64,000 nt of DNA from Eledone cirrhosa (GCA_964016885.1 OZ024741.1:394692001-394756000), one strand, 5' to 3'; numbered from the stretch's first letter, positions 1 to 15,738 are shown. The notes: generated by a model not told the origin, from the sequence alone. Program-made: numbers and translations.

Positions 1-2604
1 TATTAAATAAAATATACAAGAAGAGGTTAAATAAAATTAATTTAAAAAAAATTTGTTTTTATAAAAATGTAAATCTTAGACAGCTATCTAATCAAATTCA
101 AAATAAATAGGAGTTTGTTTCATCTTAGACATGTTATTTTAAAAATAGGCTTTTATAATTATTCAAATGTTGGTTTATAGTTTTCTATCCTTTTAGGACA
201 TAAAGAAGACAGCTTGTCTTTTTCAATTCAGAAATTTTCATTTCATATCTCTAGAAATGTGTTGTAAGAGATATGTTAGGAAAAAGAATTGCAGACTACA
301 TATCTGAATCACATATTTAAACATTTCACAGACTATATTAATGATCGTCACAAATAGATAGATACATGCATACAAATACTATACAGAGCATATAATTATT
401 TAATTGAAACTAATTGTTTAAGAGAAAACAAGGATCTTATCTAACATAGTCACATATAAACAAGAAATATTTTCTATAGTTTGATAAAACATAATAATAG
501 CAAGAATTCCTCAAAATCATTTTTGTTCCTAAATTTTAACTATAAAAATGATTTTAATAAATTGTGCAAGGCTTGCCATTTAAAAAATAAGGCTGACATT
601 TGAGTCACTTGATCAGTAGAAGAGTGATGATAAAAAAAAGATACTGGATAAACTGTTGAATCAACTGAACTTTATGGCCTTTTCTTTGCCACCTTTTTTC
701 CAATGTGGAAAGAAAAATGGGGAAAATGTAAAACCAACATTTGACATTCTGATCTAAATCTAGATGTTTTATTTTCAGAATAGTCAAAGTGATATTTTTA
801 ATCATAAATGACCACCTTCACTCCTAGGAAGTAGAAAAAGAAATCAATGGAGCTTTATCTTAAATTTGTTGCAGTCAGATTGCATACATAATGGTTACAA
901 CAAGAAAGACTCAGAAGTGAGTAACTGGCGAATTAACCATTTTGTTATGAATACCCAGTAAGATTCAGTTGTCATTAAATCCTATATTTGCATTGTTTTA
1001 GATTACTTCATCTGAATGCAGTTTCACACTTTGTCTTGTTTATAACATGTATGATCAGTCAGTTGACATTGTTTCCTTATATTCCGGCAGTCATTGAGGT
1101 CATTAAAGAATTTTATTTGTCATAAAAGAAATATATAACTTGTTTATGATAAAACAATTATTTTTAAATGTTGTGCACAACTAGGACAAGTATTTTAAGA
1201 TGAGTCTTGATAGAAAGCTACACGCACAAAAAATATGATTGTGAAATCTCTGAAGAAACATTTATTTTAGAAATAAATATATTACCATTGTTATAGAAAA
1301 TAATATATGATACCATTTATATTCAATTCAAGATTCATGAATACATCTACCTTATAATTCACCAACTTACCATTATTTGAAATGAAGTCACACCAATTGT
1401 GATTTGTTCCTTGATATGAATTAGTATATATCACACATTTTTTTATATACTTTATGATGCATTGGGATGTCTAGAAATCTGTTGATATCTCAAATAAAAT
1501 GACAAAAATATGATATTCTTTCACAAGCACATTGTTTCTTCAAGTCACACCACTCCCACCAAAGAAATTGAAAATACTATTCAAAATTTGAATGTAAAAA
1601 CAATAAGATTAAGGAGATTAACAGGACAGTAAGTGGTGAAACACTATTGCTGAAGGAATAATACTTGTGGTTTTACTGTCTTTAAAAGTGAATACTTAAA
1701 AAAAATAATCTAACTACAGATAAGCAGAAGCTGGATGTTATGTCACTGTCATATTTTAAAAACTTTTGTTTACAAATACACACACATACCCACACACTCA
1801 CACATTGCGGTAAGTCCCCTCACCCATTCAGTTATAAGAGATTCCATGTAGCAAATCTACTACCCTTCTCTGACTTGTAACCATAGGTTTAGTTGAACTC
1901 AACACTGCAAGATTTCAAAATGTTTATAGATCATATAGTGTTTCTGGTGCTTACAATAGTAATCTCTATCATTCTTGACAGCTTCTTACAGCTAGGTTGG
2001 CTTTGCTGAGGATAAGCAAGTATTAGATATGTTAGAGAATTGTTGCAGCCTATTAATTTGGCCATCTCACACACTACTCCCTTATTCTCCAACTTTTTCT
2101 TTCATACATATGTGTGTGTATGTCTCTCTCTCTCTATATATATATATGCATATGTGTGTGTTGTTACATTTCACATCTATTTTGGTTTAGCTGTTTCCCT
2201 GCAAGGCAGTATCTGATGGGAGGTTTTTCAGGTGTTTTAACGATAGGGGCCCCAGTCATATCACAAACACATATATTGAGAGGGTGTTTTATGTACATGA
2301 GTTCATACAACAGTCAAACATTGAAATTATGTGTGCGTGCATGCATGTATGTATATTTATGTATTGATATATATATTTTGATATTTCTATTTGTTAATGC
2401 ACTGTATGGCAAAATAAAATCACTTGTTCAAAACAGTGAATAAACTTTTATCCTAATTATTCATTTTCTAATTGTAAACTGAAGTTCTATGAAAAACAAA
2501 AGGATGAAATAAAATAACAATATTAAAAACTAACTCAATCATTTTTATCCCAATCACTAAAATTTGCAACACATACACAGACATACAGATTACAAAAACC
2601 ACTG

Positions 2605-2740
2605 TCAAACAAAAGTGCCAGGCCATGATACAACAGCCAGTGTGACATAACCTGTGGCATTTTTCAGATAAGCAACAGCATCAGCATGGGTTACATGTTT
2701 TAAACTTTGGTCATTCACTGACAGAAGCATGTCTCCACAC
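2605..2740 (-). CDS. LNX2: LNX1/2-like, last coding exon (end of PDZ4, stop)
   Basis: ttccag acceptor; reads CGDMLLSVNDQSLKHVTHADAVAYLKNATGYVTLAVVSWPGTFV*, resembling the LNX1/2 C-terminus (WPGTFL/WPGSLV). Phase fits the upstream exon. Confidence 0.93.
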
Positions 2741-3812
2741 CTGGAAAAAAAAAGTTACATATCATTTTTACAATATAATTATTTCAGAAGTTTGTCCTTG
2801 TTCTTCAAATATAACAAACCATATAAAAATGTCTAATGTTCTATTATACAAATCACTTTATTTCAAAGTGGTTATCATAAAAATCTTCCATCTTAATTTT
2901 ATGTAAGAACCTTTAAGTTATGCTCCAAACACCAGCATCCAGTATTTGACTGGTACTTGGTTTTATCAACCCTACAAGAATGAAAGGCAAAGTTCACCTT
3001 GACATGATTTGAACTCATAATGTAAAGGGCCAAAACAAATACTGCTACACATTTTGTCTGATGATCTAACGATTCTGCCAGCATAATAATAAATTAGTTA
3101 TTCTTCCAAATTCTTAAATTATTTTCAAATACGGCGTCTGTGCAGTGTATAAATAAAATAAGTAGGATTGAAGTCACTGTTGCAGCATATATATAAATTT
3201 TATTGGCATGCTACAATCGTTTCAATATTGATTAGCTCAGGGTACAATCATAATGCCTGGGGCCTGACTCTTCTTCGACATCTCCTCAGATATGTGAGTT
3301 TATATGCGCAAAGACACATCCAAACTGTTAACAGAGGTTGCAGGTCCATTTATATACACTTATTAATCGGTTTATATAAACGAATATAAGGGGTAGAGAG
3401 AGAGAGAAAGAAAGAAAGAAAAAGAGGAAGAGAGAGATTACACCTCAGTGTTAATAAGAGATAATAATTCTTTTTCATTCTATTGTAGATTAAGGAATTC
3501 CATGTTTCCAGGAAATAATGAACTGTAAAATAAGTTTGTTACTGCTGACACTTTAAACTTATGGTAGAAATCAAGAAAGTTTGAAATATATTAATGAAGC
3601 TCCCACTGTCAGATAGCATCAGCAACGGAAATACCAATGGAAACATAATTTCCTTCATCCAATCTGATGATCAGCTCCTTTTATATTGTTTAAAATCATT
3701 GTAAACTTTAAGAATCTAATCATGTTTCTTGCAAATATTTTGCTATTTTTTTTATATGATTGAAATCATATGTAATAACTAATAAAAAAGGAAACAAAAA
3801 AAAGCTCATTAC

Positions 3813-3971
3813 CTCAGTCTACCATCTTTTGCTGCAGGAGTATCTTGGACAATGGATTTAACAAACATTGGTAAATTTCCAAGATTACTGTCACAGCCAC
3901 CAACAATTGCAAAACCAAGGCTGCCATTAGGACCACGTAACAGGGATATGGACTTCACAGTTTGACAAATC
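3813..3971 (-). CDS. LNX2: LNX1/2-like exon (PDZ4 N-half)
   Basis: ttcag acceptor, gtaatg donor; ICQTVKSISLLRGPNGSLGFAIVGGCDSNLGNLPMFVKSIVQDTPAAKDGRLR with the PDZ SLGF loop. Confidence 0.93.
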
Positions 3972-4044
3972 CTGAAATAAAAAAGAACACTAGAACTAGA
4001 AGGGACATAGATATGAAACATACAACAATATACTATATATATAG

Positions 4045-5180
4045 CTTTGTACAGAGGTGCTGTCAGTAAAGTGAGAGTAGCAATGGAGTTTAGTGAGGAA
4101 TTCCAGATACAAGTAAGAGTACATCAGGGTTCGATCCTCAGCCCGCTCTTGTTCATTATAGTCCTCCAAGCCATAACAGAGGAGTTTAAGACTGGCTCCT
4201 CATGGGAACTTCTCTACGCTGACGATCTGGTTCTTATAGCAGAATCAGTAGAGGAGCTATGGAAACAGCAGTTGGAATTAAGAGGACTGAGAGTAAATCT
4301 AGCTAAGACAAAAGTGTTGATGAGTAGAAAAGAGGACAAAACCCTGATTCCGTCAGGGAAATGGCCATGTTCAATATGCAGAAAAGGAACTGGCATAAAT
4401 TCTATAAAATGCACACAATGCAGATCTTGGGTACACAAGAGATGTAGTGGGATAGCAGGCAAACTAACAGGTAGGGAAAACTACGTATACAGTAGATGTA
4501 CAGGGAAAGTTGGCAGTAGAAGTCGCATTGATAGACACATTTTTCAAATGCAGGTGAGTTCTATAGAAGTGGTTGATAGCTTCCGGTACCTAGGAGATCA
4601 GATTAGCATGGGAGGGGGTGTTCCGAGGCCATAGTATCTAGAATAAGGACGGGTTGGAAGAAGTTTAGGGAGCTCCTTCCTCTGCTGACGAAGAAGGGTT
4701 TCTCCCTGCGTACGAAAGGCCGCTTATATGATGCCTGTGTGAGGTGCGCGATGCTGCATGGTAGTGAGACATGGGCAGCAACTGCAGAGGATATACGACG
4801 GCTGGAGAGAAATGAGGCAAACATGCTCCGTTGGATGTGCAATGTCAATGTGTGTGAACGACCGAGCATGGATGTGTTGAGAGAGAAACTGTGTTTAAGA
4901 GGGATAAATTGTAGTGTGTGGGAGAGAAGACTTCGATGGTATGGACATGTGATGCGCATGGAGGATGACTGCTAGGTAAAGTGCCAAGAAATGCCAGTTG
5001 AAGGAAGGCGTAGTAGAGAAAGACCATGTAAAACATGGGCGGAGTGGTGAGAGCAGACCTCAGATCGCTGAAGCTCACGGTGGAGATGACGAAGGTCTGT
5101 GACAAGTGAAGAGATGCTGTGCTGAATAGGACCCGTCCCACCCTTGCAAGCAGGGAAAAGCGGACGTAAAATGATGATGA
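4045..5180 (+). mobile_element. 5'-truncated RTE-clade LINE (subfamily B)
   Basis: RT motifs HQGSILSPLLF and LLYADDL, PHD-like Cys cluster, LRWYGHVMR; tail ggacgtaaaa(tga)n; (TA)n on both sides. Confidence 0.9.
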
Positions 5181-5261
5181 TATATATATATATATATACA
5201 AGATACTGGCTCCTAGAAATAGTCTGTAGAAATAGTTAACAGTTTCTGTTACCTGGAGGAA

Positions 5262-5490
5262 ACATAGAAACATCACTGATGATGTCACAGATATGTGTGA
5301 CGAAAGAACTCTCAGAAATTATACTTATATTCATATTTTTTAACTGTTGGTCAATCAGTGAAAAACATTGATTGCCAGCTGAATTATTTATAGAAATATA
5401 AAATTATACTAAACCAAACAGTGAGTGTGTTTTACTATATTTTTCTGGCAATATTAGAACAACATAACCCTCCCCAAATATAACAATATT
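5262..5490 (+). mobile_element. Penelope-like pseudo-LTR remnant with hammerhead core
   Basis: CTGATGA-T-GTCACA..TGTGAC-GAAA at 5276-5305; end motif accctccccaaatataacaata resembles the end of the element at 6393-7421. Confidence 0.55.
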
Positions 5491-5737
5491 TGTTTAAAAA
5501 AACCTTGCAAAAAAAATAATTGAATTGTTTGAGGTTTTCCTTTAAAAAATTGTTTTTCGCTTTGCCTTGTTTCCATTCGTTGTTTTGTCCTCTCTTTGTT
5601 AAATTTCTTAAGTTTATAATATATATATATAAAAGGTAAACAGAAATAACAACACAGTAGGTACAGTATATTGAAGGAATATATTAGTTTAATAATTGAA
5701 ATAGCAAGAAGAGGGTCTTTATATATATATATAACTA

Positions 5738-6310
5738 GGTGATCAGATTAGCAAGGGAGGAGGGTGCTCTGAGGCGATAGTAACGGGTTGGAAGAAATTT
5801 AGGGAGCTGCTTCTTCTGTTGACAATGAAGGGTTTCTCCCTACGAACGAAAGGCTGGTTATATGATGCCTGTGTGAGATATGCGATGCTGTATGGTAGTG
5901 AGACATGGGCAGCAACTGCGGAGGATATGCGAAGGCTGGAGAAAAATAAGGCAAGCATGCTCTGATGGATGTGCAATGAAAATGTACGTGAACGACCAAG
6001 CATAGACTAAGTTGAGAGTGAAACTGTGTATAAGAGGGATAAACTGTAGTGTGCGAGAGAGAAGACTGCATTGGTATGGACATGTGATGCGCATGGAGGA
6101 TGATCACTGGGTAAAGAAGTGCCAAGAAATCCCAGTGGAAGGAAGACCACGAAAATCATGAGCGGGTGTGGGGAGAGTAGACTTCAGATCGCTGAAGCTC
6201 ATGGAGGAGATGACAATGGACCATGAGGAATGGAGAGATGCTGTGCTGAATAGAACCCGTCTCACCCTTGCAAGCAGAGAAAATGAGACGTAAAATGATG
6301 ATGATGATGA
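5738..6310 (+). mobile_element. RTE LINE 3' fragment (subfamily B)
   Basis: Homologous to 4590-5180 with the same 3' tail and (GAT)n. Confidence 0.85.
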
Positions 6311-6392
6311 TTGATGTATATATATATATATATATATTTTGTTTCTGAATTTGTTTAGCAAGATTCTTTATCTGAAATCGTGTGTTGAAACC

Positions 6393-7555
<1,163 letters not shown>

Positions 7556-9600
7556 TTTGCAGTGCTGAGACTGAGGGAACCATTAATCATGGGAGTACTC
7601 AATGCATGGGGTATGCAGATATATTTATAAAGAGAGAGATATATAAAATCCCAACTGGGGTGTCAAGCAGTTTCAGCTTGTGTGTTCTGTAAGCCTTTTC
7701 AAGAGTGTAGTAATATTTGTAGTGTGTGAAAAAATAGGTCACTGGTCTTGGTAGTACTTTGGTTGAATTTATCATAGTAGTAAACTGGTCTGATGGAGAG
7801 AGTTGGATGTCAGAGAATGGTAAGTATATCTGGATGGGCAAGGGATCAGAAGTAGTGTGGGAGGGTAGGGGTGGAGTAGGCAGATGAATGAGGTTAAGAG
7901 GTAAGGCTATTTATAGATGGGGTATAGGCTGATGGAGTATTATTAAATGAAGAATTAACAATAAAAAAAGGGTTATATAGAAGTAAAAGAGTAAATGGTT
8001 AAATAAATTAGTAAATAGGATCAAATAACCTCAGGTAGAATATAAGGGTTTAAAAATAGGTAGAGTGGATTATATGGGTTGGTAACCAGTGGTGAAGTGT
8101 ATGTACTATGTATATACATACTGCAGATACACAAACACGCACAACAGTATACTGGGGAGATTTAGAAGGTTTTGTGTAGAAATGCATGAATAAAAGAATC
8201 AATTAATACTTTAATGGAAGGAATGGGGTGAGGAAAGGTTTTAGAGTGCAAATAGATGAGTAGGTGGAAAGAGTGGGTTAAGTATACACACACAGGTACA
8301 TGATCATTCATACATGCACACATACATATCTGTGCGCACACATATATACATGTAGTCATGTGCAAACACATATATGTATGCACATCCATACACACAGGCC
8401 CATACATGTCCATATGAGGAGAGGAGGTGGTGGAATTGCATGCATCCATGCTCCCACATGAGGAGAGGAAGTGGTAGAATTGTCTGTACACACACCTCCA
8501 TGTATCATACACATGCACGCACATATGTACGTGCTACATTCATACACCCATACAGGAATCAGGGAAGAAGAGGTTTTAAGGCTATCTGCACATAAACACA
8601 TGGGAAGTATGATATGTAAAAGGAAATTTACAGGTGAGTAGTGGTAGGTTGATGGTACAATGTAGGTGGATATACTGGGTGGGAGAGTAGTGTGTGGACC
8701 TGGGGGCCTGTGCAAGTGGGTTCCTGGGGGAAGTGTGGGCGCTTCGGCAGGTGTGTAAGTGGAGCTTAGTCCAGGTACATGTTGCTGTGCAGGTTTAAAT
8801 GCCGACTGGGTTGCGTAGCCAAGCTTGGAAGCTGTGGATCATTAGCCTCCAGGATTGTTTGTTAGCTTGAGGCATAGGTATGATTTTTTATGCGGTGCAT
8901 ACATTTGGTCACTAGTCCAGATTTTAAAAATGTATTAAAATATCCCTCCCATGATTGGTCTCAGCACCATAGACTCTCTCTCACTATATATATATATACA
9001 CACACACACATATATATATTCATTGAAGTTGGAGGTTCACCACATGGTAGAACTAGTCATTCTGTATAGTTAACCATGATGCAATATTAGGAAAAGTGTT
9101 CAACGTGATGCAACTCAATCATCTTTGGTGTAAGATTCTGTTGGTGGTGCGTGAACGGAGTTAAATATTATTGAATAAAGTGATAAGAGGCCGGAAATTA
9201 AGATTCCTTTAAAGTATTTATTTCTGCAGACACTATATATATTTCAATGGCCAGTAAAATTGCAGCGACATCATCAGGTCCATTGCATAACTATCATAAA
9301 GGAATCATGGTAACACAAGCTGGGTACACGGATATAAAGAATAACAAATAATATTAGAGATATTTGATTCAGGGGCAGCCTACATACATTCATTTACACT
9401 GACTGCTCCTGAATAAATAAATGAATATTTTGTGGGTGTATAGGAAGACAGCTTGTTAGGTAGTGAGGATGTAGTATCAGCACTAGGCAACTTACTACTA
9501 TGATGTATTCATCTTTACTCATGGCTTGTGCCATTGGTCAGTTTGGTTTTGGCTGTAAGGGGTATCAAATTACAGAAAAATATGCTGAACTATATTATAT

Positions 9601-11177
9601 ATGTGTTCATCAGGGCTCCGTCCTTAGCCCCCTATTTATTATTGCCCTTCAGGCTATAACAGAGGAGTTCAAGACCGGCTGCCCATGGGAACTCCTATAT
9701 GCAGATGATCTAACGCTCATAGCTGAATCAATGGCTGAACTAGAGAAAAAATTCCAAACATGGAAGCATGGCCTAGAATCAAATGGCCTTAAAGTTAACT
9801 TGTCTAAGACTAAAGTTCTAGTTTGTAGGAAGGAAAATAGGGCACCGGTCCCATCTGGGAAATGACCATGCTCAGTGTGTAGGAAAGGAGTAGGCAGAAA
9901 CTCCATTTTATGTCCCAAATGCAAAGTATCGGTGCATAAAAGATGTAGTGGGATCACAGGTAAGCTAACTAAGAATATAGATTTTATATGTGGCCGGTGC
10001 TCTGGTGCAATAAGTAGCAGCAAGTGCCCACAGAATACTAGCTCATTCCATTGCACAGATGGTTCTATAGAAATAGTGGACAGCTTCCGTTACCTGGGTG
10101 ACAAAACCAGCAGTGGGGGAGCGTGCTCTGAAAGTACAGTAGCTAGAGTCAGAACGGGATGGAAAAAGTTCAGAGAGCTTATACCACTATTGGCCGCTAA
10201 AGGGTTCTCTCTAAAAATGAAAGGCAGGCTGTATGATGCCTGCATACGAACAGCAATGTTACATGGCAGTGAGACCTGGGCATTGTGTGCAGAGGATATA
10301 CGCAGACTGGAGAGAAACGAAGCTTGCATGCTCCGCTGGATGTGTAATAGTAATATACGTGAACGGCAAAGCATAAACAAACTAAGGGAGAAATTAGGAA
10401 TAAGAAGGATCAGATGTTGTTTACTCGAGAGAAGACTACGTTGGTACGGTCACGTGATGCGCATGAAAGACGACAGCTGTATAAAAAAGTGCAGGGCGAT
10501 AAAAATAGACGGTAGCCACGGAGTAGGCAGACCCAGATAAACCGGGGACGACTTGATAAATTCCGACCTCACACACTTACACCTCTCCAAGACAATGTCA
10601 CTGGACAGAGATCTTTGGCGCTACAGTTATACAGAAGACCCGCCTTGCCTAAGTACAAAGCGAAACCTAGTCAGTAGGCACCTCTAACAAAATACCCCGC
10701 CGTTCCACTACCCCCACCCCATCCACACCACCCCCTTAAATGTGAAGTTATGTTGGTACCACAACATCCAGTCCGAAACAAATGTGGTCGTGTAGGTGTC
10801 ACGACAAAAAAACACACAGTCCATGCTATAATGTGGCCGTGTAGGTAACACGGTAAAAACCTCCCAGTCCACACTGTAAACGTGGTTGGTGTTGGGAAGG
10901 GCACCCAGCTGTAGAAAACCCGCCAGACGTGTAGGTGTCACGACAAAAAAACAGACAGTCCACGCTGTAATGTGGCCGTGTAGGTAACATGGTAAAAACC
11001 TCCCAGTCCACACTGTAAACGTGGTTGGTGTTAGGAAGGGCATCCAGCCGTAGAAAACCCGCCAGACAGTCCTATACGAGCAGGATAACCAATCTTGCCT
11101 CAAGTGGGAAAACTTCCGTCCAAACCCATGCATGCAAGCGTGGAAGAAGGACGTTAAACGATGATGATGATGATGAT
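9601..11177 (+). mobile_element. RTE LINE (subfamily A), 5'-truncated, with ~139-bp tandem duplication in the 3' UTR
   Basis: [24 protein letters not shown]; (GAT)n tail; duplicated units 10789-10927 and 10928-11066. Confidence 0.9.
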
Positions 11178-11180
11178 ATA

Positions 11181-11213
<33 letters not shown>

Positions 11214-12091
11214 GCAAAAGACAAACAGAAATAAAGCAAACAACACAGTACAATGAAGAAATATATTTGTTTTATGCTTGAAAAGAGTTTTAACATTTCG
11301 GATGATAGTCCTTCATTAGAAAATAGAATAAGAAATAGAAAGATAGAGGAAAGTGAGCAGTGGCAGAAATGAAAAAAAAATGTTTTGAGAAAAAACAGGT
11401 CTATTCAGGTCAAGCCAATAAAGGAGCCTATGTATGGTCAAGCAATATGCTAGAAACATCAACAAAATTTCCCTCAGATCTCACTATTATCTTTTAGAAA
11501 GGATACACTGGATAATGTCATCTAGGATACATAAAGCCTGATTAAAGATGAGATGGTACTGGGTGGAATGCCTTTGATCATAGAACCAATTGTTCAAGGT
11601 TGACCTGGAGCTAAACAACAATATACATAGGAAAATCTATTTCAGTGTTAAATCTACAGACACTAAGACATTAAAATAATTCTATTTTACTCTCAATTTT
11701 ACTAAAATTCCTTGCCATCTGCAGCTAAATCTCCCCGATACACATGTTTGCATTACAGCTCGTAGCTATACAAGTAAATTTACAGCTCATAGTTACACAG
11801 GTTTAGCAAGCCTCCTATGAGGTTGCATCCTACAAGAGGATTCTTGAGTGTATGAAAATCAATGTGAACCAAAGCATTGTGCCCAAGAACACAATGCATC
11901 CCCTAGGCAAAGAATTGCACCCACAACCGTATGATTATGAATCCAATACCGTAATTACTCCACCACATGCCGCCAGTAACTCTCTTTTTAGCTACAGTCT
12001 GTTTTCTTGCATCAAACTGCATCAACTTCATTTCCATATCCAGCTCCTCCTCTTCAGATCAAAAAAAGAAAAAAAGAATGAACATACACAT

Positions 12092-12551
12092 TCATCATCA
12101 TCATCATCATCGTTTAACGTCCATATTCCACGCTTGCATGGGTTTGGACGGTAATTTTCCCACTTGAGGCAAGAGTGGTTGTCTTGCTCGTATAGGACTG
12201 TCTGGCGGGTTTTCTACGGCTGGATGCCCTTCCTAACACCAACCACGTTTACAGTGTGGACTGGGAGGTTTTTACCATGTTACCTACACAGCCACATTAC
12301 AGCGTGGACTGTGTGTTTTTTGTCGTGATACCTACACGACCTCATTTGTTTCGGGCTGGATGCTGTGGTACCAACATAACTTTACATTGAAAGGGGTGGT
12401 GTGGATGGGGTGGGGGTAGTGGGACGGGGGGTGTATTTTTGTTAGAGGTGCCTACTGACTGTAGTAGGTTTCACTTTGTACTTAGGTAAGGCGGGTCTTC
12501 TGTATTACTGCGTAGCGCCAAAGATCTCGGTCCAGTGACATTGTCTTGGAC
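12092..12551 (-). mobile_element. RTE subfamily A 3' UTR fragment
   Basis: Reverse complement of ~10590-11170 with (CAT)n tail on the plus strand. Confidence 0.85.
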
Positions 12552-13384
12552 GCTTAAATATGAATATACATCAAGCTCTTGTTGATTACCAACTGTAAGG
12601 AGTACTTAATACTTCCTCTAGTCTGCCATAGCTTACTAGCTCTATACAGACATTTAAATTGAATAAATAAATAAATAAATATAGGTAAAAAGTAAAAGTG
12701 GAAAGGCAAAGGGGTATATTTAAAGATTATTCTTTTCTTTAATCTGACAGAATAAATATTTTTATAATTGTTACATTTAATGAATTTAAGTTTTATCAAA
12801 TACTACCAGTTTGTCAATCATAAAATATAAAAAAAAAGTTTGTTGTCATATTCTGTGGGGAGTTAGAACATGTGAATTTTCTCTCAAATCTCTTATATAT
12901 ATATATTCTTTATGAAGCTGGGTGGTGATGGTGGAAGTGGTGTACAACAGGTCAGGATTCAATTTATTTACTAGAAAATCCTATTGATTTAAATAGAAAG
13001 TACCTTTTCTATTCAGAATAAAAGTCTAGATGACATTTTGTTGTTCTATGGTGTGTGTATGTGTGTGTGGGTGTGTGTGTGTATTTAGGTTCCATTGTGT
13101 CAAGAGATGAAGCTTATTTTCAAGGAAAAATAGCTAAAAGTAGATATAAAGTTCTAGTGAAAATACAAAGATAAATATATAAATAAAAAGTGGATGATAT
13201 TAATATAATAAAAATCTTTGTAGGGATAAATGTTTTTCAATCATGAAGAATTGATTTTGGCATGGTGATGTTTTTAAGACGGTTGTGAGTTTGTCTTTTA
13301 TCTTGTGTGGGTGGGGCTGTATTGTGTCAAGAGTTCAAGGTTAATTTTAGGGTTTTTCTTCTTTGTCCATTTATTCCTGAGAGG

Positions 13385-14650
13385 GTTAGGTGGGCAGAGT
13401 TCTCAAACACTCCTTCCAGCGGGTCCTGCCAGAAGCAACTATCTCCAACTGATCTAACAGGATCCCCAAGTGAGACCAGCTGAGTTCATGGATGTTATCC
13501 AACCATCTTGCTCAGGGTCTACCTCTGGGTCTCCCTCCGATGGTTTTGCCCGTAAAATCTGTCCAGTGATTCTTTCCTGAGACATTCTGTCCACATGCCC
13601 ATAGTATTGGAGATGTGATCTCTCAATTTGAAGAAGTAACGGATCTACCAGGAGTGACTCTTTGATCTCCAAGTTACGTACTCTAATGAGTAACATTACT
13701 CCAAAAACCCTTCAAAAGAACTCCATTTCAGCCACTAGTATTCGCGATTGTATTCTTTTGGTCATTACCTAAAATTCATGATCATAGGAAAGGGTTGGTA
13801 TGTATAGCGAATTCAAAATAATGAGTTTGACTTTTACACCTACCTCCCTTCTTCTGATTACTGAATACTGAAGCTGACGCATTTCTGTACCAGTTTTTGC
13901 AATTCTTGCATTTAATTCAACCTCTTGCCTTCCATCACTCGTGAACGCGGCCCCAAGATACTTGAATTTCTCTACCTGTTTCAGTGAAACTCCATTCACA
14001 TGTAGAGTGCACTGCACAGGCTTCCTTGAGAGGATGAGCATCTCAATTTTCACAGCACTGATTTTCATTCCAGCCATGCAGCACTCAGCATCAAACCTAT
14101 CAAGTGCAAGTGAGAGATCACCTTCTGTCAAGTTAAGTAACACCATGTCGTTTGCAAATTCCAGTCGACTGATTTTACTCCCACCCATCATGATATCACT
14201 TCCAACCCAGCTGCGCATGTCAATTCTGTTCCTGTAACAATGAACAAGAGAGGTGACAGTATGCATCCTCAATGGAGTCCTACTCACATATTGAATGGTT
14301 TCGATTTGACACCATTTATCCAAATACAAATACTCGGGCATTCGTATAGAGACATCAGGGTAGCAAGAAGCTGACCATTGATCCCATACTCCTGCAAAAC
14401 CTTCCACAGCAGGTCCTAAGGAATGCGATCATATGCCTTCTCAAAGTCGACAAAACAAGAATATACTTCTTGGCAATACTCCCACAATTTCTCAAAGACC
14501 TGCCACAATGTGAATATTTGGTAGGCTTTGCTGCATCCAGGACAAAAACGACACTGTTCATCAGCTAGCTTGGACTCAACAATCTCCCTGCATCTCTTTG
14601 CCAGACACTTAGCCTAGACTTTACCGGGAATGCTCAACATGGAGATCCAG
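13385..14650 (-). mobile_element. Degenerate RTE LINE of a distinct family lacking the PHD insert
   Basis: LEFANDMVLL (FADD remnant), LKQVEKFKYLG, YIPTLSY, LQYYGHVDRM. Confidence 0.8.
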
Positions 14651-15156
14651 TATTTGCAGATAAAAACGAAAAAAGAGAAGTAAATAAAAATACAAATATA
14701 GATATAAACATGATTGAAAGAGGTCTTTTGGGAATGGAAGTTTACATTTGTCAAAGAAGAGGTTTCCGGAAGATTTAATAGATAAATCCTATTAAAAAAA
14801 AAATTGATATTTAGTGGAAGTTTCTTTGGAGTTACGATTTTTTCCTTTTATCTTACGGTGTATGTGTGTGATATTTGATAAAACTTAAATACATTTACAA
14901 TTATAAAAATATTTATTCTGCCTGATTAAAGAAAAAAATCTTTAACTATACCCCTGTGTTTTTCCACTTTTACTTTTTACCAATAATCTTTAATTTATAT
15001 GGAACTTTACCCCCTTTTTCAACCAGACACGCACACACACATATGAAAGAGTTGGGACCTCATATTACCACACTCTACTACCCCAAATATCGAGAACTCT
15101 GGTGAGTAATAGTCTAACAGGTTTTTGCTGCATCCATTTTTATTTATTTATATATA

Positions 15157-15597
15157 AGGGCATCCAACTGTAGAAAACCCGCCAGACAGTCCTATGCGAG
15201 CAAGACAACCACTCTTGCCTCGAGTGGGAAAACCCCCGTCCAAACCCATGCAAGCGTGGAACACGGACGCTAAACCTGATGATGATGATGATGATGATAT
15301 TTCGATGTAAAGTTATGTTGGTACCACAACATCCAGTCTGAAATAAATGAGGTCGTGTAGGTGTCACGACAAAAAAACACACAGTCCACGCTGTAATGTG
15401 GCCGTGTAGGTAACACGGTTAAAACCTCCCAGTCCACACTGTAAACGTGGTTGGTGTTAGGAAGGGCATCCAGCCATAGAAAACCTGCCAGACAGTCCTA
15501 TACGAGCAAGACAACCAATCTTGCCTCAAGTGGGAAAATTCCCGTCCAAACCCATGCAAGCGTGGAAGATGGACGTTAAACAATGATGATGATATAT
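15157..15597 (+). mobile_element. Two tandem RTE subfamily A 3' UTR fragments
   Basis: Both end in ggacg(c/t)taaac..(gat)n and match the 3' UTR at 10750-11170. Confidence 0.8.
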
Positions 15598-15738
15598 ATA
15601 TATATATATAATTGCTTCCACCTTTGGCACAAGGCAAGTAATTATCCCAGTACTGGTGCTTTATTTTATCGACCCTGTAAAGATGAAAAGCTAACCTCGG
15701 CGGGATTTGAAATTGGATATATATATATTATAATATCT

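Noticed and set aside
1-2604. LNX 3' UTR and poly(A) site
   Set aside because: Several AATAAA matches on the minus strand in AT-rich sequence; the site cannot be assigned without transcripts.
11288-11322. Hammerhead-like core on minus (CTAATGA...GAAA)
   Set aside because: The core G is mutated and the stems are weak; a dead pLTR remnant.
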